DNA from: Macrostomum hystrix
Taxonomy: Eukaryota; Animalia; Platyhelminthes
Assembly (NCBI GenBank): GCA_950097015.1
Contig: CATNEN010000011.1
Location: 5,084,001-5,148,000 of the forward strand
Length of the DNA stretch: 64,000 bases
Direction: 5' to 3'
Shown: positions 12,560-23,642 of the stretch, one piece after another
How positions within the stretch are numbered: position 1 is the stretch's first letter
Layout: each line of letters begins with the position of its first letter
Position numbers and translations under genes: made by a program
Notes under the pieces: model-generated
Told to the model about the DNA's origin: nothing
Databases searched by the model: none
The model's input: the letters and a program-made list of their open reading frames with translations, nothing else

Positions 12560-13031
12560 TGAGTGAAAAACGAGGAGAAATTTTCCGGTCTCTGAACTGT
12601 GTCTTGTAAATTTTGCGAGGTTACAAAGCTTATAATTGATCAAGCCAATTGTTCTTTTATTTTTTGCTGGTAATTCAATTATCTGAGCATTTTTGCATCA
12701 ATGGAGAAAGGCTTTTCATTTTTTAAACACAAAGGGTGTGTTTTGTTTTTAGCAAAAGTATTTCATATTTTATATGCTCTAAGTAGGGTGAAAGGGTTCC
12801 ACTTGAGTTTTATCTATCGGCTTTTTTGAAAGACATTCTTTGTGTGTGGTCTAAGTCACGTGGACGCTTTCTTATTTAATATTCGAGTCAGTTGTCTCAG
12901 TTTTGAGATAACGCCTTGTACCTGGGTACAAATAGAGAGACTAGCCCGGTATTCTCTTAGTCAACTATCAAGAATACCCAACGATTTGATTGCAGATCTT
13001 AATAACGATCCTTCATAGATTGCCATAGACA

Positions 13032-13351
13032 ATGTCCGCCTTCAATGTGAGCTGTCTGCTCGACTCCGTGGCCAGTACAGTTGGCGAAGGTCCATTCTGG
13101 GAGCCAATCACTAAGACGCTGTACTTTGTCAGCATCCAAGACGGCCAGGTGCACCTGTGGAGCGAGCCGAACAATTTTCACGACACAATTCAGGTTGGCG
13201 AGAAGGCCGGAGATCATGTCAGCTTTGTGATTCCCTGCCAGTCTGGGGGCTTCCTGGCTGGCCTGAATCGGAGCATTGTACACTGCGACTGGCAGGCTGG
13301 CCAGTTGAACAGGCGCCTACTTCACGAAGTAGATCCCGAGGAGCCCATACG
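13032..13351 (+). CDS. RGN: Regucalcin/SMP-30 duplicated first coding exon (1a)
   Basis: ATG at 13032; 320 nt ending CG|GTGAGT (phase 2), the same length and phase as exon 1b; contains GEGPFWEP; no disabling mutation. Confidence 0.85.
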
Positions 13352-13764
13352 GTGAGTGACGTCATCATCGAGTAGTGCACTTTTAATTTCATTTCCGATT
13401 GTTTGTCGTCATTGGTGGCATTTTGAAGGTAGTTTTATTCCGCTAGTTAAACTGACTTCGTTGTTGCCCAAAATTAGCGCCTGGAAATAAAAAATATTCG
13501 CAAGGTATACAATGCTGTGACTGGAGATTGTGACTGGTCCTAATCGGCCTCCTATAACCTTATAATGCTAGGGCTCTACACACTTAATCTCATTTTTATA
13601 TCTAAGAATATAAAAATACTGCGAGCAGAACCAGTTTGCACACTCTGACGGGGGCTTATATCTATTGCAGTAACTGCTTCTTTTCTAAGTCAGTTCAGGC
13701 CAAGGTGAATTTAGTTAGAAACCAAAGAGTAAACAGAGCAACAGTCGCAGACGAAAGCAGAAGC

Positions 13765-16247
13765 ATGTCCAGTTACAATGTGAGCTGTCTACTCGACTCC
13801 GTGGCCAGTACAATTGGCGAAGGTCCATTCTGGGAGCCAATCACCAAGACGCTGTACTTTGTTAGCGCCTTTGATGGTCAAGTTCAAATTTGGAATGAGC
13901 CGAGTAATTATCGCGACACAATTCAGGTGGGAGATAAACCTGACGATTGCGTCAGCTTTGTGATACCCTGCCAGTCTGGGGGCTTCCTGGCTGGCCTGAA
14001 TAGGAGCATTGTGCACTGCGACTGGCAGGCTGGCCAGTTGAACAGGCGCCTACTTCACGAAGTAGATCCCGAGGAGCCCGTACGGTGAGTGACGACGTCG
14101 CGCGCAAGAATTTCGGCACCGGATTTTCATTACCTTGTTGTAAAAGCTGATGAAGTCAGTAATGAGCCGTCCATCCCGATGGCTTTTGAATTTTAATGTA
14201 TTGTGAAGTCCTCCGTTCAATTGCGCCATTTTCTCTTTTTCTTTGTTTCTTTCATAGGGCATTCTTTGTTTCAATGTCTGTTTTGAAATCTTAACGTATA
14301 GTAACGTCATCCCTTCAATTTATTCTCTCCGATTCGTTTGTAATTCTCACGTAAAGTGACGTCATCAAACCAATGACGCCATGCTCTCCGATTGCTTTGA
14401 AATGCAAACGTAAAGTGACGTCATCTACCCTATGACGTCATTCTCTCTTATTTGCAAAAATCATCCTTTAGTTTTAACGACGCCAAATGCGACCCCGCTG
14501 GACGACTTCTAGCTGGCACAATGAGCCTGGAGAAGGAGGCCGCCGTGCTAATCAAGCCAGGTGTTGGCAGTCTCTTTGGTATGGATCTAGACGGCTCCAT
14601 CAAACGGCTGGACAGTGGCTTCTCGCTAAGCAACGGCCTCGGTTGGCATGGCAACCAGTTTTACTTCACCGACTCCGTTGCTAGGACGATCTACGCCTAC
14701 GACTGGGACGCCGAAGGCTTCAGCGTCTCAAATCGTCGAGTCGCTATCGATTTCTCTAAGCTCCCTGACTCGGAACAGATCGGCGTGCCGGACGGCATGG
14801 CTGTCGACGCCGACGGCCGACTGTGGGTGGCCTGCTTCTTCGGATCGCGGATTCTCTGTCTGGACCCGACCACTGGCCAGGTAGTGAGCCAGATACCGCT
14901 GCCCGTGCCCAATGTCACCTCGTGCTGCTTCGGATCGGACGGAGAGCTGTTTGTCACCACGGCGAATCGGTGGGGCCAGAAACTCGATGCCGCTCCGGTG
15001 CCTCAGGTGCGCGACGTTTTTCTGGCTCTCACCTAGGGTTCGGACTCCAACATAGGTTAGACTTCAGGTGGAAGGTAGACTTCTCAGGTCGTAGGTTAGA
15101 CTTCTCAGGTCGTAGGTTAGACTTCTCAGGTCGTAGGTTAGACTTCTCAGGTCGTAGGTTAGACTTCAGTTGAAAGGGTAGACTTCTCAGGTCGTAGGTT
15201 AGACTTCTCAGGTCGTAGGTTAGACTTCTCAGGTCGTAGGCTAGACTTCTCAGGTCGTAGGTTGTAGACTTCAGGGCATAGGTTGTAGACTTCAGAGTAT
15301 AGGTTTTAGACTTCAGGGCATAGGTTGTAGACTTCAGGGCATAGGTTGTAGACTTCAGGGTGTAGGTTGTAGACTTCAGGGTGTAGGTTGTAGACTTCAG
15401 GGCATAGTTTGTAGACTTTAGGGTGTAGGTTGTAGACTTCAGGGTGTAGGTTGTAGACTTCAGGGCATAGGTTGTAGACTTCAGGGTGTAGGTTGTAGAC
15501 TTCAGGGTGTAGGTTGTAGACTTCAGGGCATAGGTTGTAGACTTCAGGGTGTAGGTTGTAGACTTCAGGGTGTAGGTTGTAGACTTCAGGGTGTAGGTTG
15601 TAGACTTCAGGGCATAGGTTGTAGACTTCAGAGTATAGGTTTTAGACTTCAGGGCATAGGTTGTAGACTTCAGGGCATAGGTTGTAGACTTCAGGGTGTA
15701 GGTTGTAGACTTCAGGGTGTAGGTTGTAGACTTCAGGGCATAGTTTGTAGACTTCAGGGTGTAGGTTGTAGACTTCAGGGTGTAGGTTGTAGACTTCAGG
15801 GCATAGGTTGTAGACTTCAGGGTGTAGGTTGTAGACTTCAGGGTGTAGGTTGTAGACTTCAGGGCATAGTTTGTAGACTTCAGGGTGTAGGTTGTAGACT
15901 TCAGGGTGTAGGTTGTAGACTTCAGGGCATAGGTTGTAGACTTCAGGGTGTAGGTTGTAGACTTCAGGGTGCAGGTTGTACTTGAGGGCGTAGGTTAGAC
16001 TTCAGGTCGTTAGAATATTTGACTTAATGCGTTGTGGTGATTTTACTTCAGGTAATTAGTTTAAACAGAGTTCAGGTGCTAAGTTAAGTAGACTTCTAAT
16101 CCCAATCGTCCTACGATAGCAAAATCCCATCCAATGGCAATTGTACCATTGCAGGCTGGAAGCGTGTTTCGCGTCACCGGTCTTGACGGAATCCGCGCCA
16201 CACCCAGCGTGATGTACAAGGGTGCCCTGCCTCCGGCCAATGAGTAA
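13765..16247 (+). CDS. RGN: Regucalcin / SMP-30 / gluconolactonase family protein
   Basis: Exon 1b 13765-14084, exon 2 14472-15006 (R|FNDAKCDPAGR, SNGLGW, PDGMAVD), exon 3 16155-16247 (AGSVFRVTGLDGIRATPSVMYKG...*). Splice phases are consistent and the metal-ligand E, N, N, D positions are present. Confidence 0.93.
14357..14440. promoter_or_regulatory. Cluster of three perfect CRE palindromes TGACGTCA (14357, 14416, 14433) in regucalcin intron 1
   Basis: Exact matches inside a ~60-bp local duplication; a fourth lies at 13357 beside the exon 1a donor. Confidence 0.35.
15045..16010. repeat. ~20-bp minisatellite (GTAGGTT(GT)AGACTTC(TC)AGG(G/T)) in regucalcin intron 2
   Basis: Two related unit types in tandem, visible directly. 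Confidence 0.95.
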
Positions 16248-16619
16248 AACGAGCTGCTGCATAACGTACTACTACTACTACTATAACTACGATGTTAAGT
16301 AGTTATAGCGAGCAACTTTCAGAATGAAATAATTTTCGACTTTTAGCTCTAGAAACTGTAACCAATGTATTAACTATCAGTACGTATAACTTTATATAAA
16401 AAATTTAGTTCCAGTGTTTATCGGATTACTTACTCTGATTCACATTCAAATTAGTCTTTTTACTATAAGTTTGACTAGCTATTGGATCAAATACATTTTT
16501 ACCGAATCCAAATCTTATTCCAAAAAATCCCAATACATTACAGTGATTTTTTACAATATCAGATAGCCTAAAGTTTGTGTAAATCTGTTATACAAGGCAT
16601 TTATTATCATCATCTATTG

Positions 16620-16850
16620 ATGCTGGAGGTCCCTGAGCTCCATTCAGCGGCGAGGCCACGATCATTTGGGGCGCAGTCGCGTAGAGAAGGCTTGGGGGGC
16701 TTGTCGTGCAATTTACGCCCTTGAGGGCCAACCTCCAAGGCACAGTGAGAGTGTACACTGCCTGACGATGAGAAAGTCAGGACCGATGTACACACCTGTG
16801 TGCGTGTGTGCTCAGGAGTCAGCGAAATGTGCAGAATTTTTTCCTGGCAG
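16620..16850 (+). ncRNA. Candidate structured element, copy A
   Basis: GC-rich island in AT-rich DNA. Helices CCTGAC/GTCAGG, GTGTACA/TGTACAC, CACAG/CTGTG, TGGAGGT/ACCTCCA, CCTGAGC/GCTCAGG; motifs shared with 50.2 kb and 2.5 kb. Confidence 0.45.
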
Positions 16851-17436
16851 GCTGTGGGTCTAGTGCCACCAAATGATGTTCTATTACAAGTATTAACCTA
16901 TCAATGCGTGTCTGTAGCTTTCACTGTCATTTCCACAGTTACTAAAGACCTTGTTGTAAAGTACGCCTTGCTTCGTTTTTATCTAGTTTGTTTTTACAGA
17001 TATGTGAAGGTCACAGATGCAAACTACTAGTTTAACAGTTGAATTCCCTTGTGTAGCACGCATATCAAATGTCAGCGAATGCCTAGCAAAAGTTGAGTGA
17101 CTTGTGTCAATCAAAATTTTTGTAAGCTAGTCCCATGGTTCTCAAAAGTGAAGATGCTCTCACAGTTTTGTATTTTTATATTGCTTTTGTTGCCATATGA
17201 CTGCTATTAAAGGCAGTATTTGAGCACAAAAATTTACGGTGTGTGCTCAACGTAGGACAAAGCTTCATAACCTTAAAGGCCTCTGGGAAAACACACGGAC
17301 CCGCACTCACACATGGGTGGCGCTATTGGCTGCATTTTCTGCAAGAATCTATCGATCGATGGATTCCATGCAGGACACGATGAAAACGACGATACCGCAA
17401 GGCAACCTGAAGGTAAATTGTGCTCTGCTTCTGAGG

Positions 17437-17592
17437 AGAGATGAGACACGAGAGAGATTTGACGGGGTAGAGATGAGACACAGGAGAGATGAGACACAGG
17501 AGAGATGAGACACGGGAGAGATGAGACACGGGAGAAATGAGACACGGGAGAAATGAGACACATGAGAGATTAGACACGGGAGAGATGAGACA
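17437..17592. repeat. 16-bp minisatellite (ATGAGACACGGGAGA(G/A))
   Basis: About 9 tandem units. Confidence 0.9.
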
Positions 17593-18081
17593 GTCGAGCA
17601 CTCATCAATCGAGCACTTAACGGATCTGTCAAATCCAGGTCCCTCGCTGACCTGCCCCCGGGCACTCTGGCTCCTCTGTGGCCACTCGGCATCCAACACT
17701 GGCGTCACTGCCACTAGAAGCAGAAACGGTGGCAAAAAATTCAGCAACCGGAGCAGCCTTCCCGCGGAAATGAATCTCAGCGATCCGTCGCTAAGTCCGT
17801 CAGCAGCGCTTTCTAGGAAAGTTTTTGTAACTCGTCACACCCAGACAATGTCCACTCTGGTTAGCGTTCGACTTCCAGCCATCGTGGCTGTGGGCGGCTG
17901 GGCTCCGGACTTCAACAATCGTAGAAATTATCAGCGACGTAGCCGACAGTTGGAGGCATCGGCAGCGTTGAAGAGCTTGACGCCGACGACTGTAGAGAAG
18001 TCCGCAGCTACGGAGCAGCTGTCGGACACCCCGTCGAGTGCCGAATCGTATTTTACTATCTCGGTGGCTTCGTCAATGTGA
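17593..18081 (+). CDS. Unassigned Ser/Thr-rich open frame (possible terminal exon)
   Basis: Frame is open 17593-18081, GC-rich, with no recognisable domain and no confirmed splice partner. Confidence 0.25.
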   Translation, partial: VEHSSIEHLTDLSNPGPSLTCPRALWLLCGHSASNTGVTATRSRNGGKKFSNRSSLPAEMNLSDPSLSPSAALSRKVFVTRHTQTMSTLVSVRLPAIVAVGGWAPDFNNRRNYQRRSRQLEASAALKSLTPTTVEKSAATEQLSDTPSSAESYFTISVASSM

Positions 18082-18152
18082 ACATTACTAATACTGCTTT
18101 TGACTTATGGATTTATGTTTGAGAAATTAAAGTTTTTTGTTTATACATGATA

Positions 18153-20571
18153 CTAGCTTTTTTTGCCCGTTGTTTTTGGGGCAGAAATTTAAAGCAAAGC
18201 AGTAAGCAATTCACGTCTCTGTATTAACTTTATAGTGAAGGTCACCATTTATTTATTTACTGCATGAATGAAAAGTGAAGAGTTTGTTTAAGGGCGTACT
18301 GGCTCTGACAGCCAGTCAACGTCAGCATATCGAACCATCAGGTTCGGGTAAACTTTTGCCTTGAGCTCCTGCACTGACTGCACAATGGTTCCGATTGTAG
18401 CGATCGATGACTGCCCATTCTCTGTGCTAATCTCCAGCAGACCATTGCCGATTCGCAATAGATTGGCAGAGAACTCATGAGCTGTTTCGTCTCCTTGAAT
18501 TGTAGCTCTCATGTTTGTTCGTAGGTGCAACTTCACAACCGATGGCCACAGGTGAGATGATTTTAGGAAAGCATTAATCTCATCAGCAGGAGTGCCTCGC
18601 GGAATCACAGGCAGCGTCTGTCTAAAGTCTCCAGACAGCAGCAGAGTGACACCACCCATCAGTTGATTGCTATTGCGCAGGTCTTTCAAAGTTAAGTTGA
18701 GTGCTTCAAATGCCAGTTTGTGGGACATGGTACACTCATCCCAGACGATAAGCTTGCAAGCCTGAAGCACTCTGGCAGTGCCTGTGTTTTTCTTGATGTT
18801 GCACAGCGGATTCTCCGCTCAAGACAGATCAAGCGGCAACTTCAGTGCTGAGTGGGCAGTGCGACCGCCTGGCAGCAAGGTGGCTGTAATTCCAGAGGAA
18901 GCTACAGCAATGGCAACGTCGCCTCGTTGCCTGACCTTTGCCAGAAGGAGGTTGATTAGAAATTTTTTTCCTGTGCCACCTGGAGCATCAAGAAAAACCA
19001 TGCCACCAACGTTGTTGTTGACTCTGCGCAATAGCTCGCGGTACGCCTCTAGCTGCTCAGGCATGAGTCGGGGCTCATTCTCCTCTATGAACTGTCCCAG
19101 CTGCTCCTGGTCATCCAGCTCTTCCAGCAGTCCCAGTCGCTGACATGCTTCATGAAAAGTTTGGCAGGTATGGCCTTCCACCGTTCTAATGTGTCTAAAT
19201 GACGTCGGACCAATCACGGTGTGTAGCAGGTAGTAGCATTCACTGTGGTTTGGGTGCACCGTGTACTCTGGCTAATGCATCAGTCTGTCGTATTTCAGGA
19301 TGGCCTGGAACTGCAGCGCCTTGAACCCGCCGCTTCCATCCTTTCGAAGAGGCGTTCCATGTGTAATAGGCAGGCACCTGGTGGTACAGCAAAGTCCTGG
19401 CAAAGGGGTCTTCAGCGCACAACTTGAAGAAAGCAGTAAGAGTAGTGTCCTGTGGCCTTTGAGCACGCTGCTGGATGTTCTCCTCCGTAAAGTATACTCT
19501 CTGACCGTTTTCCAGGTGCACACTGAGGTGCATGACAGTTGGGTGGCGTTCATGAATAGAGAATCCGAAGATTCGCCACATTGCCTCGTTAGAGCTGATA
19601 CCTTCCGCTCTTGAAGCGATTGACTTCGTCAAATTCGTTTACTATGCCTCCAGGTCCCTCAATGTTGAACACTGCTTGGTCGCTACCCTTGTTCACGTAC
19701 TTGCAAATGTACTTGATTGATTTAACAGAGTTGCAGTACTCAACGTTGATGTGTGGATTGAACACCTTGGACAGTAGCGGGCAGTAGGGAACGACCCATC
19801 TGTTGTCCAGATCGATCTCTTCATTCCCATGGCTGCATAGAATAATGCGAGTGGTAAAGCCGCCATCCTCACGTGATCTCCGTCGATACAGCGGATAACC
19901 GTCTTGTATTTTAGCAAAGCACTGTACGCCAGCCTCTCTCTTTCTTCTATCCCAGGCTGGCTGGAGAGAAATATTGACCGGAGAGCCCTGCGCACTGGGA
20001 CGCCACCGCACTCACCGCACTCAGTCTCAGTGCTGCTTGGGGGCCAGTAGACAGTCTAGGGGTTTGGGCTGTGTACATTCACGGCTTGAAATGCAATGTA
20101 CAGTCTGGGACTTCGGCGCCCGGGGAAGGGAGGGGGTGGCTGTATTAAAATTTGGCCCGCAGAGTGGCGGAGGGGAGTTGGGGTGGCTGTCCTCGGAAAA
20201 CAAAAAGTGACTCACTTTGAGATGATGCAGCTTTGCTCTGGATTGAGTAGAGATGTTCAAAATTGACAGCATTGTTGGAAAACATGTAAAGTGTAAGTGG
20301 ATCAAATTTGGAGAAAATCTGACAAAGTGGGGCGACGATATGTCGAATTGAGTGATTTTTTGACGATTTTTGAGCAGTTTTTTGCACTTTTGAGCAGGAA
20401 GGAAATGATTTTTCGGGAATTTGAGTAGCCTATTGCACTCAGCGTAGGTGGTTTTAGGTATGTGCAAAGTTTGGTGCGATTTGGTTGAGCGGTTTCGGCG
20501 TCTATAAAGACAAAAGGTTGCACACAGACAGACAGACAGACAGACAGAGTTTTCACTTTTATATATATAGA
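18153..20571 (-). mobile_element. Internally deleted Helitron with both termini intact; frameshifted Rep and Pif1-helicase remnants
   Basis: 5' end A|TCTATATATATAAAAGTGAAAACTC(TGTC)n at 20571; 3' hairpin GCCC..GGGC then CTAG|T at 18153 (A|T target). Remnants: DGYPLYRRR, DNRWVVPY..HINVEYC..SIKYICKYVNKG (Rep); DAPGGTGK, DECTM, GDFRQTLPV (helicase). Confidence 0.93.
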
Positions 20572-20734
20572 TGTAAGAAGGCAAAGGCATTAAATTTTTG
20601 TAACAACCTAAGTAAGCGATAACTAAAATGGTCGAGTTGAAATCGCATTTTCACTGATTAGCGTAAATTAGAGGGGCGTTTTTAATTAAGTGCTAAATGT
20701 TTTTTATGAGCGAGTAGGTGAGTTGTGATGTTTG

Positions 20735-21135
20735 AGGAATGAGGTGGGTGTTTCTAAGTGTTAGGGAGTGAGGTGGGTGTATTTTATGGTAGGGTGGAAA
20801 TTTTTAAGGGGACAGGGAATGAGGTGGGTGTTTTTATGGGGCAGGGAGTGAGGTGGGTGTATGTTATGGTTAGGGAGTAGGGTGGAGATTTTAAAGGGAC
20901 AGAGAATGAGGTGGGTGTTTATCATGGGGCAGGGAGTGAGGTGGGTGTATGTTATGGTTAGGGAGTAGGGTGGAAATTTTAAAGGGACAGAGAATGAGGT
21001 GGGTGTTTATCATGGGGCAGGGAGTGAGGTGGGTGTATGTTATGGTTAGGGAGTAGGGTGGAAATTTTAAAGGGGCAGAGAATGAGGTGGGTGTTTTTCA
21101 TGGGGCAGGGGGAGTGAGGTTTGGAGTTAGTGAGG
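20735..21135. repeat. G-rich tandem repeat (~88-bp unit with GAGGTGGGTGT subunits)
   Basis: Repeated blocks starting near 20845, 20933 and 21021. Confidence 0.85.
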
Positions 21136-21958
21136 TGTGTGTTTCTTAGTGTTAGGGAAGCATAGTATAATTTTTATAGCCAAACCATAAATAAAAGCAA
21201 ACACTTACTGGCCTTTGAAGGCCAAATTTATTTGGCCTTCAAAAATACAGAAAAAATCAACAGACCAACAGGTTTTACTTGAGTCTAACTTTCTCGTGTT
21301 AAATATAAAAAACTGATTAAAAATTGGTCTTGCTAAAACTTTTAATGTCAATATTGGAATGTATTTGAATAGGACAGGTGAAAGCTATTTTTTACAATTA
21401 TGTAAGAAAGTAAAAATGACTTGTATATAACAGCTTTCATTCGTCAAGTAAATAAATTTGATACTAGAGCGTGACATGGAAGACTGCTTACATAGTAATT
21501 AAAAGTCATTTTCAAATGTTGCATATTTTCTGTGTTCGCAAAAAACTCGCAACTTTTCAGGCAAAGTAATGTGAGACTCAGAGACAAAAGTTATAATAAA
21601 GAAGCAATTGTATCAAAACTTCAAACCGCACCGAAAGTAAAAACACTTAAAAATACGATTGTAGACCAGCTGTATTGTAATTACCTATCGTAAAAAGTAT
21701 ATTAGGAAGCACATGTTACAGAAAAATGAGCAAAAAAAGATCTTCAACGACTGCTTAACAATAAAAACGTTAAAGCTAAAAAATGTGAATATAGTGTGGA
21801 ATACCGCATTACAAAGATATCATTGAACTCAACTGAGATAAAAACAAATAACCAGGATTCTAAAAGTAAAAAAGTAACAATTACTACATTTCCGCTTAAC
21901 TTCAGATACCCGATATGTATCGAAAAAGCTAGCACTTAGATGACGAGAATATCTGAAT

Positions 21959-23642
21959 TCAATTGTCTTTCGGGCCCTTTCTGTCGGCGGCAGCCATCGC
22001 GGCTGCCTCATCGCTCAGCGGCCTGTAAGCCAAGCTCATGTCGGCGCGAACCCGCTCGCTGAGGGCTGCAACATCAGCCTCCGTCAGGCCGCGGGTTGGC
22101 ACCGGCTCCAGCACTCTGGCCAGGACCAGGCCGGGCGAGTCGAAACGGCGCTGACGCTTTGAGTAGAAATTTGAGTAGCTGGAGAACACAATCGGCACGA
22201 TGGGGACCTGTTTAAGTCGGACGGAGGGGTTGAAATCCGTAGAATAAGTCCTACTGTTACAAAATTATGTGCAAGTGCTCGGGACATAATATTTTTGTCA
22301 TACTATAGTCGTAATATAAAATTGTATATTCGATTCGGTTGAGGTCCAGGGTTCGAGTCCTGTCGAGTCGGATCAACTCACCTGAGCCTGCACCGCCAGA
22401 TGGAAAGCGCCCTTTTTAAACTCGCCAAACTCTCCGCCAGCCCGCCTGGTGCCCTCCGGGAAGATCCACACCCGAAGCCGCTCCCCGGCGTTGGCCAAGC
22501 GTTGGCCTAGTCGGCGCATCTCGGCAATGGCCGACTGCCGACCCCTGGAGATGAACACGCAGCCGCAGAGCCAGCCGCCAAAGCCGAACCAACCAGCGAA
22601 CAGCAGCGACTTTTTGGCGACCAAAGTGCAGGGCGAAGGCCATGCGTGACTGATGCCAATTAGATCCAGACTGGACTGGTGATTGGACACAACAACAAAG
22701 TTGCCTGGGAGGTCGCGGATTCGATTCTCGTCTAAGATGCAGACTCGAACACCAAATATTCGACCAGTGGCCCACATTAGCACCATGGGGTACCTGGGGG
22801 TAGGTGAAAGAATTATGGAGTGGAATAAAATTGTCAATTCTAAAATAGAAATTATTTCTGTGAGATGCATTTTATTTTAATAAACACTTTTGTAATTAGA
22901 AAAATTATTAAAAACACAGGAAGAAAAAAACTAGTGTTTAAACAACTTACTTAGTCAGATGTCTCTTATTTTATTCTTATATTTGACTATACAAGCTTAT
23001 TGATTTTTTGTAAATTGTAAATCTTAAATAAGATCTTAGGTCTTAGATCTAAGGTAAACATTAATTATGCTTAGTTTTAGTGTTATAATATGTGGTGAAA
23101 TCTATTTTCTATCTAAAATTCGTTTTGTTTCATGTTATTATCTGCTTGAAAATGAAATTAACTGAATTCCGTTTTGTATAATTTTTTAAATAAATTAGGG
23201 CCTATCTAATCAGAACATTATAGTTTCACATTTACATTGTGCTTGCTTAATTTTTTTAGGACTTCTCTACTCATTTTTAGTATATTTTTAAGCGAAATGA
23301 ATCGACTGTTATATTCATTGTTGCCTTTATTAAAATTAAAATTAAAATTAAAGGAGGAAAATGTTTTTAAGTTTAGTTTGCTGGACTTTAGTTTAAGCAA
23401 GAGCCAACTTTTCTACTTATTGATTATCTTTAAAAACTTTAATAACAACACACAAACCTGAAATTACTCGGATCCATTGGTGTAAGCAAACTCGGAAATG
23501 TCACCAAAAATCCATGCGTCAGTAGATGCAAATAGTAAACTGTCATTTTAATTCTGTACCTGATTCCAGTTGGAAGTATTGGGAAAATAAAAAAGTAAAA
23601 CAACAAAGAAGCGATAATAGCTCCTGCTATGTAACTAAACAT
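21959..23642 (-). CDS. AGPAT: 1-acyl-sn-glycerol-3-phosphate acyltransferase (AGPAT1/2-type LPAAT), 3 exons
   Basis: Exons 23642-23458, 22793-22382, 22207-21959 with consistent phases; motifs NHQSSLD, FISR, FPEGTR, VPIVPI; hydrophobic N-terminus. Confidence 0.93.

Noticed and set aside
15007-15036. Regucalcin ending at VRDVFLALT* as in the ORF track
   Set aside because: A CAG|GTGCGC donor and a conserved final exon at 16155 give the family C-terminus.
16620-16850. Assignment of the structured element to HDV ribozyme, RNase P/MRP, SECIS, U3 or 7SK
   Set aside because: Each matches only one short motif. The required L3, CR-V, quartet spacing or box pairs are missing, and copies B and C lack the matches.
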